From a virus, in the IMG/VR virus record IMGVR_UViG_3300041586_000098, positions 1-64,000 of that record: a stretch of DNA of 64,000 nucleotides. One strand, given 5' to 3'. Under the pieces are notes generated by a model, which was not told where the DNA came from, did no database searches, and saw only the letters and a list, made by a program, of their open reading frames with translations. This document shows, piece by piece, positions 1 through 9,738 of this stretch. Within the stretch, counting starts at the first letter, position 1, and every line of letters starts with the position of its first letter. The position numbers and the translations under genes were made by a program.

Positions 1-49
1 CAGAATTTAACTGGGAAGATCTTGAACAAGAACTTGGATTAGAATAAAA

Positions 50-505
50 GTGAAAAAATTAAATGAAAATATAGAACTATCAAATATTGGAGGTATGGGA
101 CCTCTTCTACTTCCTACTGAAACATCTAATGGATCTGGCGATACTTTATCAGGAGAGGGTGATGCTGACGGAGAAAATAAAAAGAAACGTAAAGAGTTTT
201 TAAAGAAGTTTAAAACATTTGAACAATTCGTATATGAAAGCACCGAAAAATTCCCAGATGAATTAACAGGAAACGACAATATTATTTTTAAAAAACAAAG
301 AGAATCACCTAAAGGTGCGAAGTATTCTTTGTATTATAATGGGTATGATATCGAGTTCGGTGGAGTATTTTTTAATAGTGTTAACAGTTTAAAAAGATTC
401 ATGAACAATTATGTTCTTTCTAATAACATATATAATAAGTTAAGGTATAAAACAAAAGTAGAAATTGGTTCTAAAGAATCAAACTATTTATACGAAAGCA
501 ATTAG
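50..505 (+). CDS. Hypothetical protein; the frame stays open past the TAG to 736
   Basis: 151-aa ORF with an internal KKFKTFEQFVYE tag-like motif; codons after TAG 503-505 are open to TAA 734-736. Confidence 0.55.
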   Translation: MKKLNENIELSNIGGMGPLLLPTETSNGSGDTLSGEGDADGENKKKRKEFLKKFKTFEQFVYESTEKFPDELTGNDNIIFKKQRESPKGAKYSLYYNGYDIEFGGVFFNSVNSLKRFMNNYVLSNNIYNKLRYKTKVEIGSKESNYLYESN

Positions 506-757
506 AAGATAATTAATTATTCAAATACTAAAACTAAAATCTTAGTTGGATTAAAAACAAATCTATTAAGAGACATGAAAGACCGATATGATTTCCAAGA
601 AGATGGAGACAATATTTATTTTTTTAATGACAAAGGACATCATTTTGGAACCTTATTCGACATAGGAACTCGCTATCAAGAACTTAGAAATGATGGTTCT
701 ATCAATGGTTACGGTTGGATGAAAAAAGAAAAGTAAATTTAATCTCTAGAAAGGAAT

Positions 758-786
758 TGAAACTTTTTAAAAAGGCTCTGTATAAT
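758..786 (+). promoter_or_regulatory. Putative middle promoter TGAAAC-N17-TATAAT
   Basis: Same motif and spacing at 1051, 12263, 17378, 25302, 34221 and 52191, each just upstream of a gene. Confidence 0.7.
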
Positions 787-818
787 ATACAGAGCTTTAA
801 TATTTAACAAGTATAAGT

Positions 819-1067
819 ATGCAATATACGTTCCGCCGTAATAATTTTTTACAATGGTCAAAATTACACCTATTGAAAATAGAATCCAGTATTAACAATT
901 GCACCACCCTAGAACAACTGAATGAATCTAAGACGTTAATTGATTATTTTATTATAATAACAAGCCTAGAGGATAATGTAGAAGACAATGATCTAGAATC
1001 TATTGCCTCTTTATTTTGGTTTAAAATAAATTTAAAAAAAATAATTATTTTGAAACAAAATAACTAA
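819..1067 (+). CDS. Hypothetical protein
   Basis: 82-aa ORF downstream of a promoter motif. Confidence 0.55.
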   Translation: MQYTFRRNNFLQWSKLHLLKIESSINNCTTLEQLNESKTLIDYFIIITSLEDNVEDNDLESIASLFWFKINLKKIIILKQNN

Positions 1068-1079
1068 AGAGAGTATAAC
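1051..1079 (+). promoter_or_regulatory. Putative middle promoter TGAAAC-N17-TATAAC
   Basis: Repeated motif with exact 17-nt spacer. Confidence 0.7.
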
Positions 1080-1102
1080 ATAAGAATTTAAAAGTAAACA
1101 AA

Positions 1103-2527
1103 ATGAATTTCATAGACGCTTTAAGAACTAAAGATACTTTTACAGAAAACGGGATGCCAACTAATTCAACATCACTGAATGCGTGTGTAGACTTATTTTT
1201 TAATATAGGTGCAATGCGAGGTCAAGATAAATCCAGATTAATTTCTTTGTTTTTAAAGGCATATATCGAGGATCCAATGCGAGCTATGAAAATATTATTT
1301 TGGGCAAGAGATATCAGAGGAGGTGCAGGAGAACGTCAAATATTTAAGGACATATTAGTATACCTCGCAGCTGATCATGATCTTTCGCTTAAACCCAACT
1401 TAAAATTTATTCCAGAGTACGGTAGATGGGATGATTTATTACCATTGTTCGGAACTTATTTAGAGAAAGATGCGTTATTATTGATTAAAGATGCACTTGA
1501 TTCTAATAATTCACTATGTGCAAAATGGATGCCTAGGAAAGGAGTCAATGCAGCTAGGATTAAGTCATTTTTAAATTTAACGCCAAGACAATATCGAAAA
1601 CTACTAGTTAATTTAACAAATGTAGTTGAAACACAAATGTGTGCTAACGATTGGGATTCTATATGTTTTGGCAAATTACCTTCAGTTGCAAGCGCAAGAT
1701 ATCAAAAGGCATTTGGAAAAAATGCATATGAAACTTATTCAGCATATATTGAATCCTTAACAAAAGGAGAATCTAAAATTAATGCGGGAGCAGTATACCC
1801 TTATGACATAACAAAGACATTGCAACATGGTAATTCAATAGTAGCTAATGAACAATGGAAGGCGTTACCAAATTATATGGAAGGTACTACTGAAAATATA
1901 CTACCAATAGTAGACGTATCAGGTTCTATGAGTGTTCCTGCGGGAGGAAGCAAGAATGTATCATGTATGGATGTTGCAATATCATTAGGACTTTATATTT
2001 CAGAAAGAAATGAAGGTTCCTTTAAGGATGCATTTATTACATTTTCATCTAACCCTACGATTCAGGTGCTAAAAGGATCACTGTATGATAGATATTCTCA
2101 AATGAATTCATCAAAGTGGGGAATGTCAACTGATATTCAAGCGACATTTAAGATGATTTTAAAACATTCTGTTGAAAATAAATTAGAAAAAGAAGAAATG
2201 CCATCTAAGATATTAATATTATCTGATATGGAATTTGATCAAGCTGTAAATTCATGGAGGCAAAATGAAAAAGGATGGAATCCTAGTGTAAATGAACTGA
2301 TCAGTAAGACGTATAATGACGCTGGATATGATATGCCACAAATAGTATATTGGAATATTCAATCAAGGAATGGAGGAATTCCAGTTTCATTTAAAGAAGA
2401 TGGAACTGCACTTATATCTGGATTCTCTCCAGCTATAATGACAAGTATATTAGGCGGAAAAATTGAATCACCGTATCAAATAATGGACAAAACTATAATG
2501 AAAGAAAGATATAAACAAATAAAATAA
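1103..2527 (+). CDS. DUF2828-type TROVE/Ro60-like protein with C-terminal vWA domain
   Basis: RDIRGGAGER, YGRWDDL and AKWMPR motifs; MIDAS DVSGSM; ILSDMEFD; VYWN. Confidence 0.8.
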   Translation: MNFIDALRTKDTFTENGMPTNSTSLNACVDLFFNIGAMRGQDKSRLISLFLKAYIEDPMRAMKILFWARDIRGGAGERQIFKDILVYLAADHDLSLKPNLKFIPEYGRWDDLLPLFGTYLEKDALLLIKDALDSNNSLCAKWMPRKGVNAARIKSFLNLTPRQYRKLLVNLTNVVETQMCANDWDSICFGKLPSVASARYQKAFGKNAYETYSAYIESLTKGESKINAGAVYPYDITKTLQHGNSIVANEQWKALPNYMEGTTENILPIVDVSGSMSVPAGGSKNVSCMDVAISLGLYISERNEGSFKDAFITFSSNPTIQVLKGSLYDRYSQMNSSKWGMSTDIQATFKMILKHSVENKLEKEEMPSKILILSDMEFDQAVNSWRQNEKGWNPSVNELISKTYNDAGYDMPQIVYWNIQSRNGGIPVSFKEDGTALISGFSPAIMTSILGGKIESPYQIMDKTIMKERYKQIK

Positions 2528-2540
2528 ATAAAAAAAAATA

Positions 2541-2830
2541 AGATTCCATACAGCAAACAATAAAAAGCAAAACTATTAAGCAAATGGACAGGAATCTGGC
2601 GGATGGCTACAGCAACTAATAAACCAACAAATATGATAGTTAATTTTACATGTAAAATTAACACGTGGAAATCTTTAAAGGCCGACCACTATAAAAAATG
2701 GTACAAGGTCATACTTCTCTAATTAAGTATTCGAAAATATGTTGAATCTAGTAGACTTATATTTCGATTAACGAAGACTATAAAGAGGGATATTCTTGCC
2801 GAAGAAGAAAAAATACGAAAAGCCATCCCG
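2541..2830 (+). ncRNA. Candidate structured RNA(s): two stem-TACAGCAA-loop-stem units
   Basis: agattcc 2541/ggaatct 2591 and ggatggct 2601/agccatcc 2821; TACAGCAA follows each 5' strand; no ORF; terminator follows. Confidence 0.45.
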
Positions 2831-2841
2831 TACTATTAAAA

Positions 2842-2885
2842 TAAACCCTGAAAACTGTTAATAACTTTTTATTCAGGGTTTTTTT
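2842..2885 (+). terminator. Intrinsic terminator
   Basis: aaaccctgaa...ttcagggttt followed by a T-run. Confidence 0.55.
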
Positions 2886-2898
2886 ATGTCTATTTTTT

Positions 2899-2914
2899 TG
2901 ATTATATTTACATA
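2899..2914 (+). promoter_or_regulatory. Putative early promoter core TGATTATATTTACATA
   Basis: Near-identical copies at 35269, 52642, 53276, 54389, 58357 and 59905. Confidence 0.7.
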
Positions 2915-2941
2915 TAGAAATTAATACAAAACTTAAATATT

Positions 2942-3172
2942 ATGAATAGAGAAACAGCAATTCAAATTACTTTAAATGCGTTAAACAAGTTAACATGTAC
3001 TATCGCACATCAAATATTTGTTGAAGAATGTGAATGCCAAATCGATATGCTTAATACATATATTTGGAATAAATATGAAGTAGGAGGGTGGCAATACACC
3101 AATGGAATCAGCTGTTTCGATAATTTAAAAAATGCATACTTAGAAAAGGCATTAAATACTTATAGAATATAA
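2942..3172 (+). CDS. Hypothetical early protein
   Basis: ORF directly after the early promoter motif. Confidence 0.6.
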   Translation: MNRETAIQITLNALNKLTCTIAHQIFVEECECQIDMLNTYIWNKYEVGGWQYTNGISCFDNLKNAYLEKALNTYRI

Positions 3173-3222
3173 TATTAAACAAAAAACAAAATTAAAGTAT
3201 AACATTTAAACATAATAATTTT

Positions 3223-3492
3223 ATGAATATATTAGATGAAGCAAGCGGTATAGTAAATAATCGCTCAGAAGAAGCAGACAGAAACTACGGTCCATTTTCA
3301 GAAGGAATGGATAGGGCTGCCTTGATTTTTCAAGGCATGACAGGTATTGAAGTAACAGGTGAACATATGTTTAAGGCATTAGTCGCTCTGAAATTTTCAA
3401 GAGAATCATACAATCACAAGCGTGATAATTTATTAGATGCAGTTGCATACATTCAAGGATTAGATAATTATATTAATGAAAAAGAAGATTAA
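3223..3492 (+). CDS. DUF6378-like small helical protein (nucleotide diphosphohydrolase-associated)
   Basis: ILDEA..IV..R...YG..., LKFSRE..HKRDNLLDAVAY pattern. Confidence 0.65.
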   Translation: MNILDEASGIVNNRSEEADRNYGPFSEGMDRAALIFQGMTGIEVTGEHMFKALVALKFSRESYNHKRDNLLDAVAYIQGLDNYINEKED

Positions 3493-3493
3493 T

Positions 3494-4591
3494 ATGAAAA
3501 TACTATTCACAGGATGTACTGCAAAGCAAACCGACGATAATGCATGGAAAAGAGCAAGGGTAAAAAGAATTGATGACAGTTCTATTATATGTAACTCTCT
3601 AAGGAAACAAGGATATTTAGTAGATAGACGTAAGGTGAAATGGGGTGATGATCTTTCTGAATATGGCTTAGCTATTATTGGAATAGGTCAATTTGGCTCA
3701 AACAATTATTCAGGAGAAATCTTTAACGTGATGTATGCCCTTAAGACTGTAAAAAATGTCATAGTATTTCATGAGGATTGGAAAATAGACGGAACTATGA
3801 AATCTTGGGAAAAAATGCTAGATCAAGCAGTCTTTGATAAATCTATATCAAAGAAATGGAGTGATGGTAGATATTTTTATGGAGGAGTAGATAATCCATT
3901 GTTTAATCCAATCGAAGCAGTTGAAGTTATTAGAGATATTGTTGATGGTAAATTTGAAAATGCATTAATTCCAGCATTTGATTGGGGTGATAAAGAAAAG
4001 ATCAGAGATATTATTAAAGCAAAAAATATCTATAACTTAGATTTAACACCATATGTCCTTGATAATTGGAATATAAGTATTAACACGCCTCTTCAAGTAA
4101 AGGAAAGAAAGCATATGTTAGCTTCTATTGTCGATCATAGTCCATGGGTTCGCCGAAATAAATTAAAATGGCCAGTAGATTATTTTGGAGCAAAGAGTAT
4201 TAAAACAGCACATTTACTTGATACTGAAACTGACGTATTTGAAACTTGTGGAAAGTATTGGGGAATTCTTTGTCCTGAATATCCACATGCAGGTTCAGGA
4301 TGGTTTCGCATAAGATGGATTTATGCTGCAATTCAACAATCAATCTTACTGTCCTCACCGAAGGATTTAGAGGCACTTGGATTACCTCAGAAGAACATAG
4401 AAGAGTTGAGTGATATTCAATTAGAAGAATATGCACAAACCCAGTCAAGCACTATATTATCATACATGTGGAGCAAAGAAGACTTTGACAATAGGATACA
4501 TTTGGTTGTAAGCGAAGTTGGAAGTAATTGTCTAACACAAAATAAACAAAATTACGCTCCTCCTATTCTTAAGCAAAGCTTTTTATTTTAA
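3494..4591 (+). CDS. Putative GT-B glycosyltransferase, possibly DNA-modifying
   Basis: MKILFTG Rossmann-like start; PEYPHAGSGWFRIR C-terminal motif; lies between nucleotide hydrolase genes and DNA polymerase. Confidence 0.45.
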   Translation: MKILFTGCTAKQTDDNAWKRARVKRIDDSSIICNSLRKQGYLVDRRKVKWGDDLSEYGLAIIGIGQFGSNNYSGEIFNVMYALKTVKNVIVFHEDWKIDGTMKSWEKMLDQAVFDKSISKKWSDGRYFYGGVDNPLFNPIEAVEVIRDIVDGKFENALIPAFDWGDKEKIRDIIKAKNIYNLDLTPYVLDNWNISINTPLQVKERKHMLASIVDHSPWVRRNKLKWPVDYFGAKSIKTAHLLDTETDVFETCGKYWGILCPEYPHAGSGWFRIRWIYAAIQQSILLSSPKDLEALGLPQKNIEELSDIQLEEYAQTQSSTILSYMWSKEDFDNRIHLVVSEVGSNCLTQNKQNYAPPILKQSFLF

Positions 4592-4606
4592 AATTAAATT
4601 AAATTA

Positions 4607-4632
4607 AAAACCCTGTAATACTGGGTTTTTTT
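4607..4632 (+). terminator. Intrinsic terminator
   Basis: aaaccc..gggttt followed by a T-run. Confidence 0.5.
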
Positions 4633-4690
4633 ATGTGAAACAAACAGTCGTATTTTAATAAAACTACTATAAACATATAAAAAATTAATT

Positions 4691-5158
4691 ATGGCAAATA
4701 TTGACAATGAATGTAAAGATTTAGAAGTAAATGACTTCTACTCAAATTCAACAACGCACTTGGCTGACATTATGGAAAACCAAAAGAAAATGCAAGAGCA
4801 AACTTATGGTTTTAATTTTGAAGACATGTCTATTAGAGATGTAATGGATTTTTGGCACGTTAACACACATGCGCTTATTGACGAAGTTCATGAAATGACA
4901 GATGCACTCGGAGGTATTAAAGACGGTAGTGGTAATGCAGTATGGAAGTACTGGAAAAAAGATTTTGGTAAGTATGAAACTATGAAAGTTTCAGATTTAT
5001 CTGAAGGAGATAAAAAGGAATTGTACATGGAATTTGTAGATATAATTCACTTTATGTTTAACTATGCGTCCTCAATTGGATTAGATGCAAAGACCACTTT
5101 TAACTACTATTTTGCTAAAGCAGCAGAAAATGTACAACGACAAAAAGATGGCTATTAA
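4691..5158 (+). CDS. All-alpha dUTPase/dCTPase (MazG-like, T4 gp56-like)
   Basis: DEVHEM, WKYWK, EFVDIIHF and K..EN..RQ..GY motifs. Confidence 0.8.
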   Translation: MANIDNECKDLEVNDFYSNSTTHLADIMENQKKMQEQTYGFNFEDMSIRDVMDFWHVNTHALIDEVHEMTDALGGIKDGSGNAVWKYWKKDFGKYETMKVSDLSEGDKKELYMEFVDIIHFMFNYASSIGLDAKTTFNYYFAKAAENVQRQKDGY

Positions 5159-5224
5159 AGAACAAAATAGTCTAAATAAATAGATATATAAAATCCACAA
5201 TAATAACTTACTAAAATTAAATAG

Positions 5225-6622
5225 ATGATTCTTGACATTGAGCAAAGGGATAAAGACGTTATTATTTCGTATTATAATACAGAAGGAGAAGTAGCGTTTA
5301 AACAATATCCCGTAAGTAATTTTCAGAATTGGTATGTATGCGAGGACAAAGATAAAGCAGCCAGTACTCAATTTAAAAATTGGGATGGTAGATCTGTTAA
5401 ACTTGGAAATGGAAGACAATATAATAAGTTTTCCATTCTTTATTTTCTAGATAGTCTATCTGAAAAAGATAAGGCAGATCTTACTGCATATAATATGCCA
5501 AAAACATATTTTGTAGATATTGAAACTGAGATAGTTGATGGTTTTCCAAAGGCAGAAGAGGCTAAAAGTAGAATATTATCATTTTCAATAATCACACCTG
5601 ACCGCAAGGCAATAGTTCTTGGATTAGAAGACATGGCATCTGATAAAATTCAAAAGATTCAAGATGATACTAATGAGTATTTTAAGGATTTTGACATGGA
5701 TTGGGAATTTAAATATCATAAGTTTAATTCTGAATATGATATGGTATATACATTCCTGTTTAAGTTTTTACCTAAATTTCCGATGATGACGGGTTGGAAT
5801 TTTATTAATTATGACTGGCAATATATTACAAACAGATGTAAAAGATTACAGATAGATATTAAAGATATTGGAAGGACAAAATCAGTAGATAACAGAGATT
5901 CAAGACCTTTACACCTTGGAATTTTAGATTATATGCAATTATATGACAAGTATGATAGAAGTGTAAAAGTAAAGGAATCCAACTCCCTTGATTATGTTTC
6001 TAGTCAAGTCCTTAATGTTAATAAAATCAAGTTCACAGGATCATTGCAAGACCTGTACCGTGACAACTTTGTTAAATACATATATTATAATGTAGTCGAT
6101 TCAGTTTTAGTGTACTATATCGATCAAAAACTAAAGTCAATGGAAGTTCTTTTAACTCTTGCAAATATTACAAATATGCCATTGTATAAGGCAAGTTCTC
6201 CAGTGGCAGTTACTGAAGCAATTATGGCTAGAAAACTAGCAGAACAAGGAATGCGAATTGGTAGTGAAGAAAAAACAGATAGCAGTAAAGATACTCAGTA
6301 TGCAGGAGCTTATGTTAAGGAACCTACACTAGGATATTATGAAGGAGTAAGTGCATTCGATTTTGCTTCGCTATATCCTTCAATAATGCGTCAGTTTAAT
6401 ATTTCACCGGATGCGTATATTGAAAAAATTTACAAGAGTGAAATAGAAGAAAGAAGAAAGGATAGAAGTGTTATTGTATGCGACAATGGAGTTGTTTATA
6501 AAACAGAAGACTCTATTCTTAGAAAAATATTAAGTGATCTATATAATCAACGCAAGGATTACAAAAAAACATCATATACATATTTTACACTCGCAGATAA
6601 ATTAAAGAAAAGACTTAAATAA
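5225..6622 (+). CDS. 43A: Family B DNA polymerase, N-terminal subunit (3'-5' exonuclease, motif A, first fingers helix)
   Basis: DIETE, GWNFINYD, YNVVD, YAGAYV and DFASLYPS present; motifs B and C absent. Confidence 0.9.
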   Translation: MILDIEQRDKDVIISYYNTEGEVAFKQYPVSNFQNWYVCEDKDKAASTQFKNWDGRSVKLGNGRQYNKFSILYFLDSLSEKDKADLTAYNMPKTYFVDIETEIVDGFPKAEEAKSRILSFSIITPDRKAIVLGLEDMASDKIQKIQDDTNEYFKDFDMDWEFKYHKFNSEYDMVYTFLFKFLPKFPMMTGWNFINYDWQYITNRCKRLQIDIKDIGRTKSVDNRDSRPLHLGILDYMQLYDKYDRSVKVKESNSLDYVSSQVLNVNKIKFTGSLQDLYRDNFVKYIYYNVVDSVLVYYIDQKLKSMEVLLTLANITNMPLYKASSPVAVTEAIMARKLAEQGMRIGSEEKTDSSKDTQYAGAYVKEPTLGYYEGVSAFDFASLYPSIMRQFNISPDAYIEKIYKSEIEERRKDRSVIVCDNGVVYKTEDSILRKILSDLYNQRKDYKKTSYTYFTLADKLKKRLK

Positions 6623-6685
6623 CTAAACATTAAAAACTAAACATTAAAAACTAAACATTAAAAACTAAACATTAAAAACTAAACA
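6621..6685 (+). repeat. Tandem repeat, 14-bp unit aactaaacattaaa x about 4.6
   Basis: Read directly; fills the polA-nrdB spacer. Confidence 0.9.
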
Positions 6686-6700
6686 AAATAAAAAATTAAT

Positions 6701-7681
6701 ATGAACAATAATATCTTTGAAAAAAGAGTAAATATTTTACCTTACGAATATCCAATGTTACTTGCATATAAAGATGCAATTAGACACTCATACTGGATTC
6801 ACACTGAATTTAATTTCACAACAGACATTGATGATTTTAAGAGTAAAATAACAGAAGAGGAAAGAGAAGTTATAAAAAGGTCAATGTTGGCAATAGCGCA
6901 AATTGAAGTAAATGTAAAAACATTTTGGGCTGACCTTTACAAAAGAATGCCAATTACCGAAATCGGAGATGTAGGAATGACGTTTGCGGAATCAGAAGTA
7001 AGGCATAAAGATGCATATGCACAATTACTTAGAATTTTAGGATTAGAAGAGGAATTTAAAAATGTAGTTGAAATTCCAGCAATTAAAGATAGAATCGCAT
7101 ATCTATCAAAATACCTAGATGGTACCAGAAGTAAAGATAATAAAATGTATACTAAATCTGTACTTTTATTTTCACTATTCATTGAGCATGTTAGTTTATT
7201 TAGTCAATTTTTAATCATGATGTCGTTTAACAAAGAAAAAAACCTTTTTAAAGGTATTTCAAATGTAGTTGAAGCGACAAGTAAGGAAGAAGAAATTCAT
7301 GGAAATTTCGGCTCAGAACTAATTAACATTATTAAAAAAGAAAATCCAGAATGGTTTGACGCAGAATTCGAAGAACTAATAGATTCAGCATGTAAAAAGG
7401 CTTATGCATCTGAGGTTAAAATACTTGATTGGATTTTTGAAAAAGGAGAATTAGATTTTTTATCTAAAGATACAATTAAGCAATTTATTCAAAACAGATT
7501 TAACAATTCATTAGGTAGAATCGGAATGAAGCCTGTATTTGATGTAGATTTTAATGAAATAGAAAAAACATTATGGTTTGACATTGAAATTCTATCAACA
7601 AAGGAGGGAGACTTCTTTTACAAAAAAAGTATCGATTATTTTAAGAAATCAAAGTCAATTACTGAAGATGATTTGTTCTAA
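6701..7681 (+). CDS. nrdB: Class I ribonucleotide reductase beta subunit
   Basis: YWIHTE, SEVRHKDAY, EEEIH di-metal ligands; DFF..K..DY tail. Confidence 0.95.
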   Translation: MNNNIFEKRVNILPYEYPMLLAYKDAIRHSYWIHTEFNFTTDIDDFKSKITEEEREVIKRSMLAIAQIEVNVKTFWADLYKRMPITEIGDVGMTFAESEVRHKDAYAQLLRILGLEEEFKNVVEIPAIKDRIAYLSKYLDGTRSKDNKMYTKSVLLFSLFIEHVSLFSQFLIMMSFNKEKNLFKGISNVVEATSKEEEIHGNFGSELINIIKKENPEWFDAEFEELIDSACKKAYASEVKILDWIFEKGELDFLSKDTIKQFIQNRFNNSLGRIGMKPVFDVDFNEIEKTLWFDIEILSTKEGDFFYKKSIDYFKKSKSITEDDLF

Positions 7682-7708
7682 TTAATGTTCTTTTTTGATA
7701 AAAAAAGT

Positions 7709-7753
7709 CATGTGATTGAGATATATAAACTATAAAAATATAGCAATCACATG
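7709..7753 (+). promoter_or_regulatory. Late promoter (GATATATAA, 7720) inside a hairpin that sequesters the ATG
   Basis: catgtgattg 7709-7718 is the exact reverse complement of caatcacATG 7744-7753. Confidence 0.75.
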
Positions 7754-8605
7754 AATTGGAAAGTCATTTATAAGAACTTAATAGATAAAGCAATACTAGA
7801 AAATAGAATTAGAAGTACTGAAATATACTATGAAAATCATCATATTATTCCAAAACACATGGGTGGTGATAATTTAGAAGATAATTTAGTACTTTTAACC
7901 TTCAGGGAACACATACTCGCCCATTATTTATTATGGAGAATTTACGGATGTGAAGGAGATAAATTAATGTATTCTCTTAGAAATCTTCAAACAGAAGAAG
8001 CCCAAAGACTAAGAGTTAAATTAGCAGTCGAGGCTAACCGAAACGGTGGTAAAGGATTTAGACTATGGGACGGTGATAAAAATCCAATGAAAAACCCCGA
8101 GAAAGTTAAACAAATGATTAAAACAAAAAAGGAAAAATACAATGGCCATGTAATTTCTGATGCAGCAATGGAAAAATGGAAAAATGGAGTTACTAATCAT
8201 CTACGGGAAATGGCAAAAGATCCAGGAATCCAAGCAAAACGTTCTAAAACTATAAAGGAAATTAATGCAACATTAACTCATGTTGAATTCGCGTTAAAAT
8301 ATAATAATGCAGGAGAGAACAATGGGAATTATGGATGGATTAAAGGATTTTATGAAGTAATTAGTCCAGATGGAAATATTACAAAATATGAAAGTCAAGA
8401 GTCTATTATAGAGGAGTTAAATATATCTCAATCGTTTTTAGTTAGAAATAGAAATAAAGAAGTATGTTACACAAAACCAAAAAAAAATGCAGGTAAATGG
8501 AATGGTTGGACATTTAATTATTTTAAATTACCATGTCCAACTACTGGTAAAATACAAAAAGAACACAAATCACATAAAATTCTAGAAAAAAACAAAACAA
8601 CATGA
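7751..8605 (+). mobile_element. Free-standing HNH homing endonuclease between nrdB and nrdA
   Basis: ENHHIIPKHMGG..NLVLLT.REH..AH.LL; NPM and GENNGNYG NUMOD-like repeats. Confidence 0.85.
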
Positions 8606-9666
8606 ATTACGAGAAAAATTACTGGCTTAATAATGACAGTAGAACATTCCTCTCTCGCGGCTATATTAAGGAAACACCTGAGCAACGAATTAAGGATATA
8701 TCTAACAATGCAGAAAAGATACTAAAAATTGATGGATTTGCAAAGAAGTTTGAGGAGTATATGAACTTAGGTTTTTATAGTTTATCAACACCTGTTTGGA
8801 TTAATTTCGGAAAAGACAAAGGTCTTCCTGTTAGCTGCTATGGAAGTAATGTAGATGATAACTTAGATAGTATATTAAATGCAAGTAGAGAAATAGGAAT
8901 GATGTCAAAATACGGAGGAGGAACTTCAGCTTTTTTAGGAAACATCAGAGAAAGAGGAGCTACTATTTCCACAGGAGGAACAGCAGACGGACCTGTTCAT
9001 TATGCCAGAATGTATGATACAACTGTTGATGTATGTAAACAATCAGAGGCAAGAAGAGGTGCGTGTGCAGTATGGTTGCCAGTAGAACATAAAGATATCT
9101 TAGAATTTTTAGACATTGGAACTGATGGAAATCCTATTCAAAATTTACAATACGGAGTCACTGTAACTGATAATTGGATATCAGAAATGAAAGAAGGAGA
9201 TACTCAAAAACGTAAAATATGGGCAAAGATTATTCAACGACGTAATGAGTTTGGTTTTCCTTACATTATGTTTAAGGATAATAGTAATAACAATTCCCCT
9301 TATAAGGAATTAGGCCTTGACATTACTGCCTCAAACTTATGCGTAGCACCTTGGACTGAAGTTAGTGTAAAAGTAAATGGCGTTGAAAAAACGATGCCAA
9401 TTATAATGTTAGATTGTTTATTTCAATATAATCTATATACAACACTAGAAGTTAAATCATTTAACATAGAAACTTCTGAGATTGAATATAAAAAAGTGAT
9501 AGATAGTGCAATGACTTCTAAAAAAGCAAAAGTTATGAAAATAACAGATGAAGCTACTGGAAAATCAATAACATGTACACTGGATCATAAAGTATATACT
9601 TCGAATAGAGGATATATTATGGCAAAAAATCTAAGAGAAGATGACGTATTAGTTATTAATTCTTAA
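8602..9666 (+). CDS. nrdA: RNR alpha subunit N-part plus split intein IntN (108 aa, from 9340)
   Basis: STPVW, SCY, GGG, RRGA motifs; ASNL|CVAP junction; block B TCTLDH. Confidence 0.92.
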   Translation: MNYEKNYWLNNDSRTFLSRGYIKETPEQRIKDISNNAEKILKIDGFAKKFEEYMNLGFYSLSTPVWINFGKDKGLPVSCYGSNVDDNLDSILNASREIGMMSKYGGGTSAFLGNIRERGATISTGGTADGPVHYARMYDTTVDVCKQSEARRGACAVWLPVEHKDILEFLDIGTDGNPIQNLQYGVTVTDNWISEMKEGDTQKRKIWAKIIQRRNEFGFPYIMFKDNSNNNSPYKELGLDITASNLCVAPWTEVSVKVNGVEKTMPIIMLDCLFQYNLYTTLEVKSFNIETSEIEYKKVIDSAMTSKKAKVMKITDEATGKSITCTLDHKVYTSNRGYIMAKNLREDDVLVINS

Positions 9667-9680
9667 AGTTTTATGTTCTG

Positions 9681-9738
9681 AGATAAAGTTGCAAAATTAT
9701 TTAAATATATATTAAAATAAAAGTAACTTTATCTTATG
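9681..9738 (+). promoter_or_regulatory. Hairpin abutting the endonuclease start, with a late promoter-like AATATATAT in the loop
   Basis: agataaagtt 9681-9690 pairs with aactttatct 9725-9734; ATG at 9736. Confidence 0.65.

Noticed and set aside
6621-6685. CRISPR array
   Set aside because: Head-to-tail repeats without spacers; no cas genes. The same applies to the repeats at 17342 and 33255.
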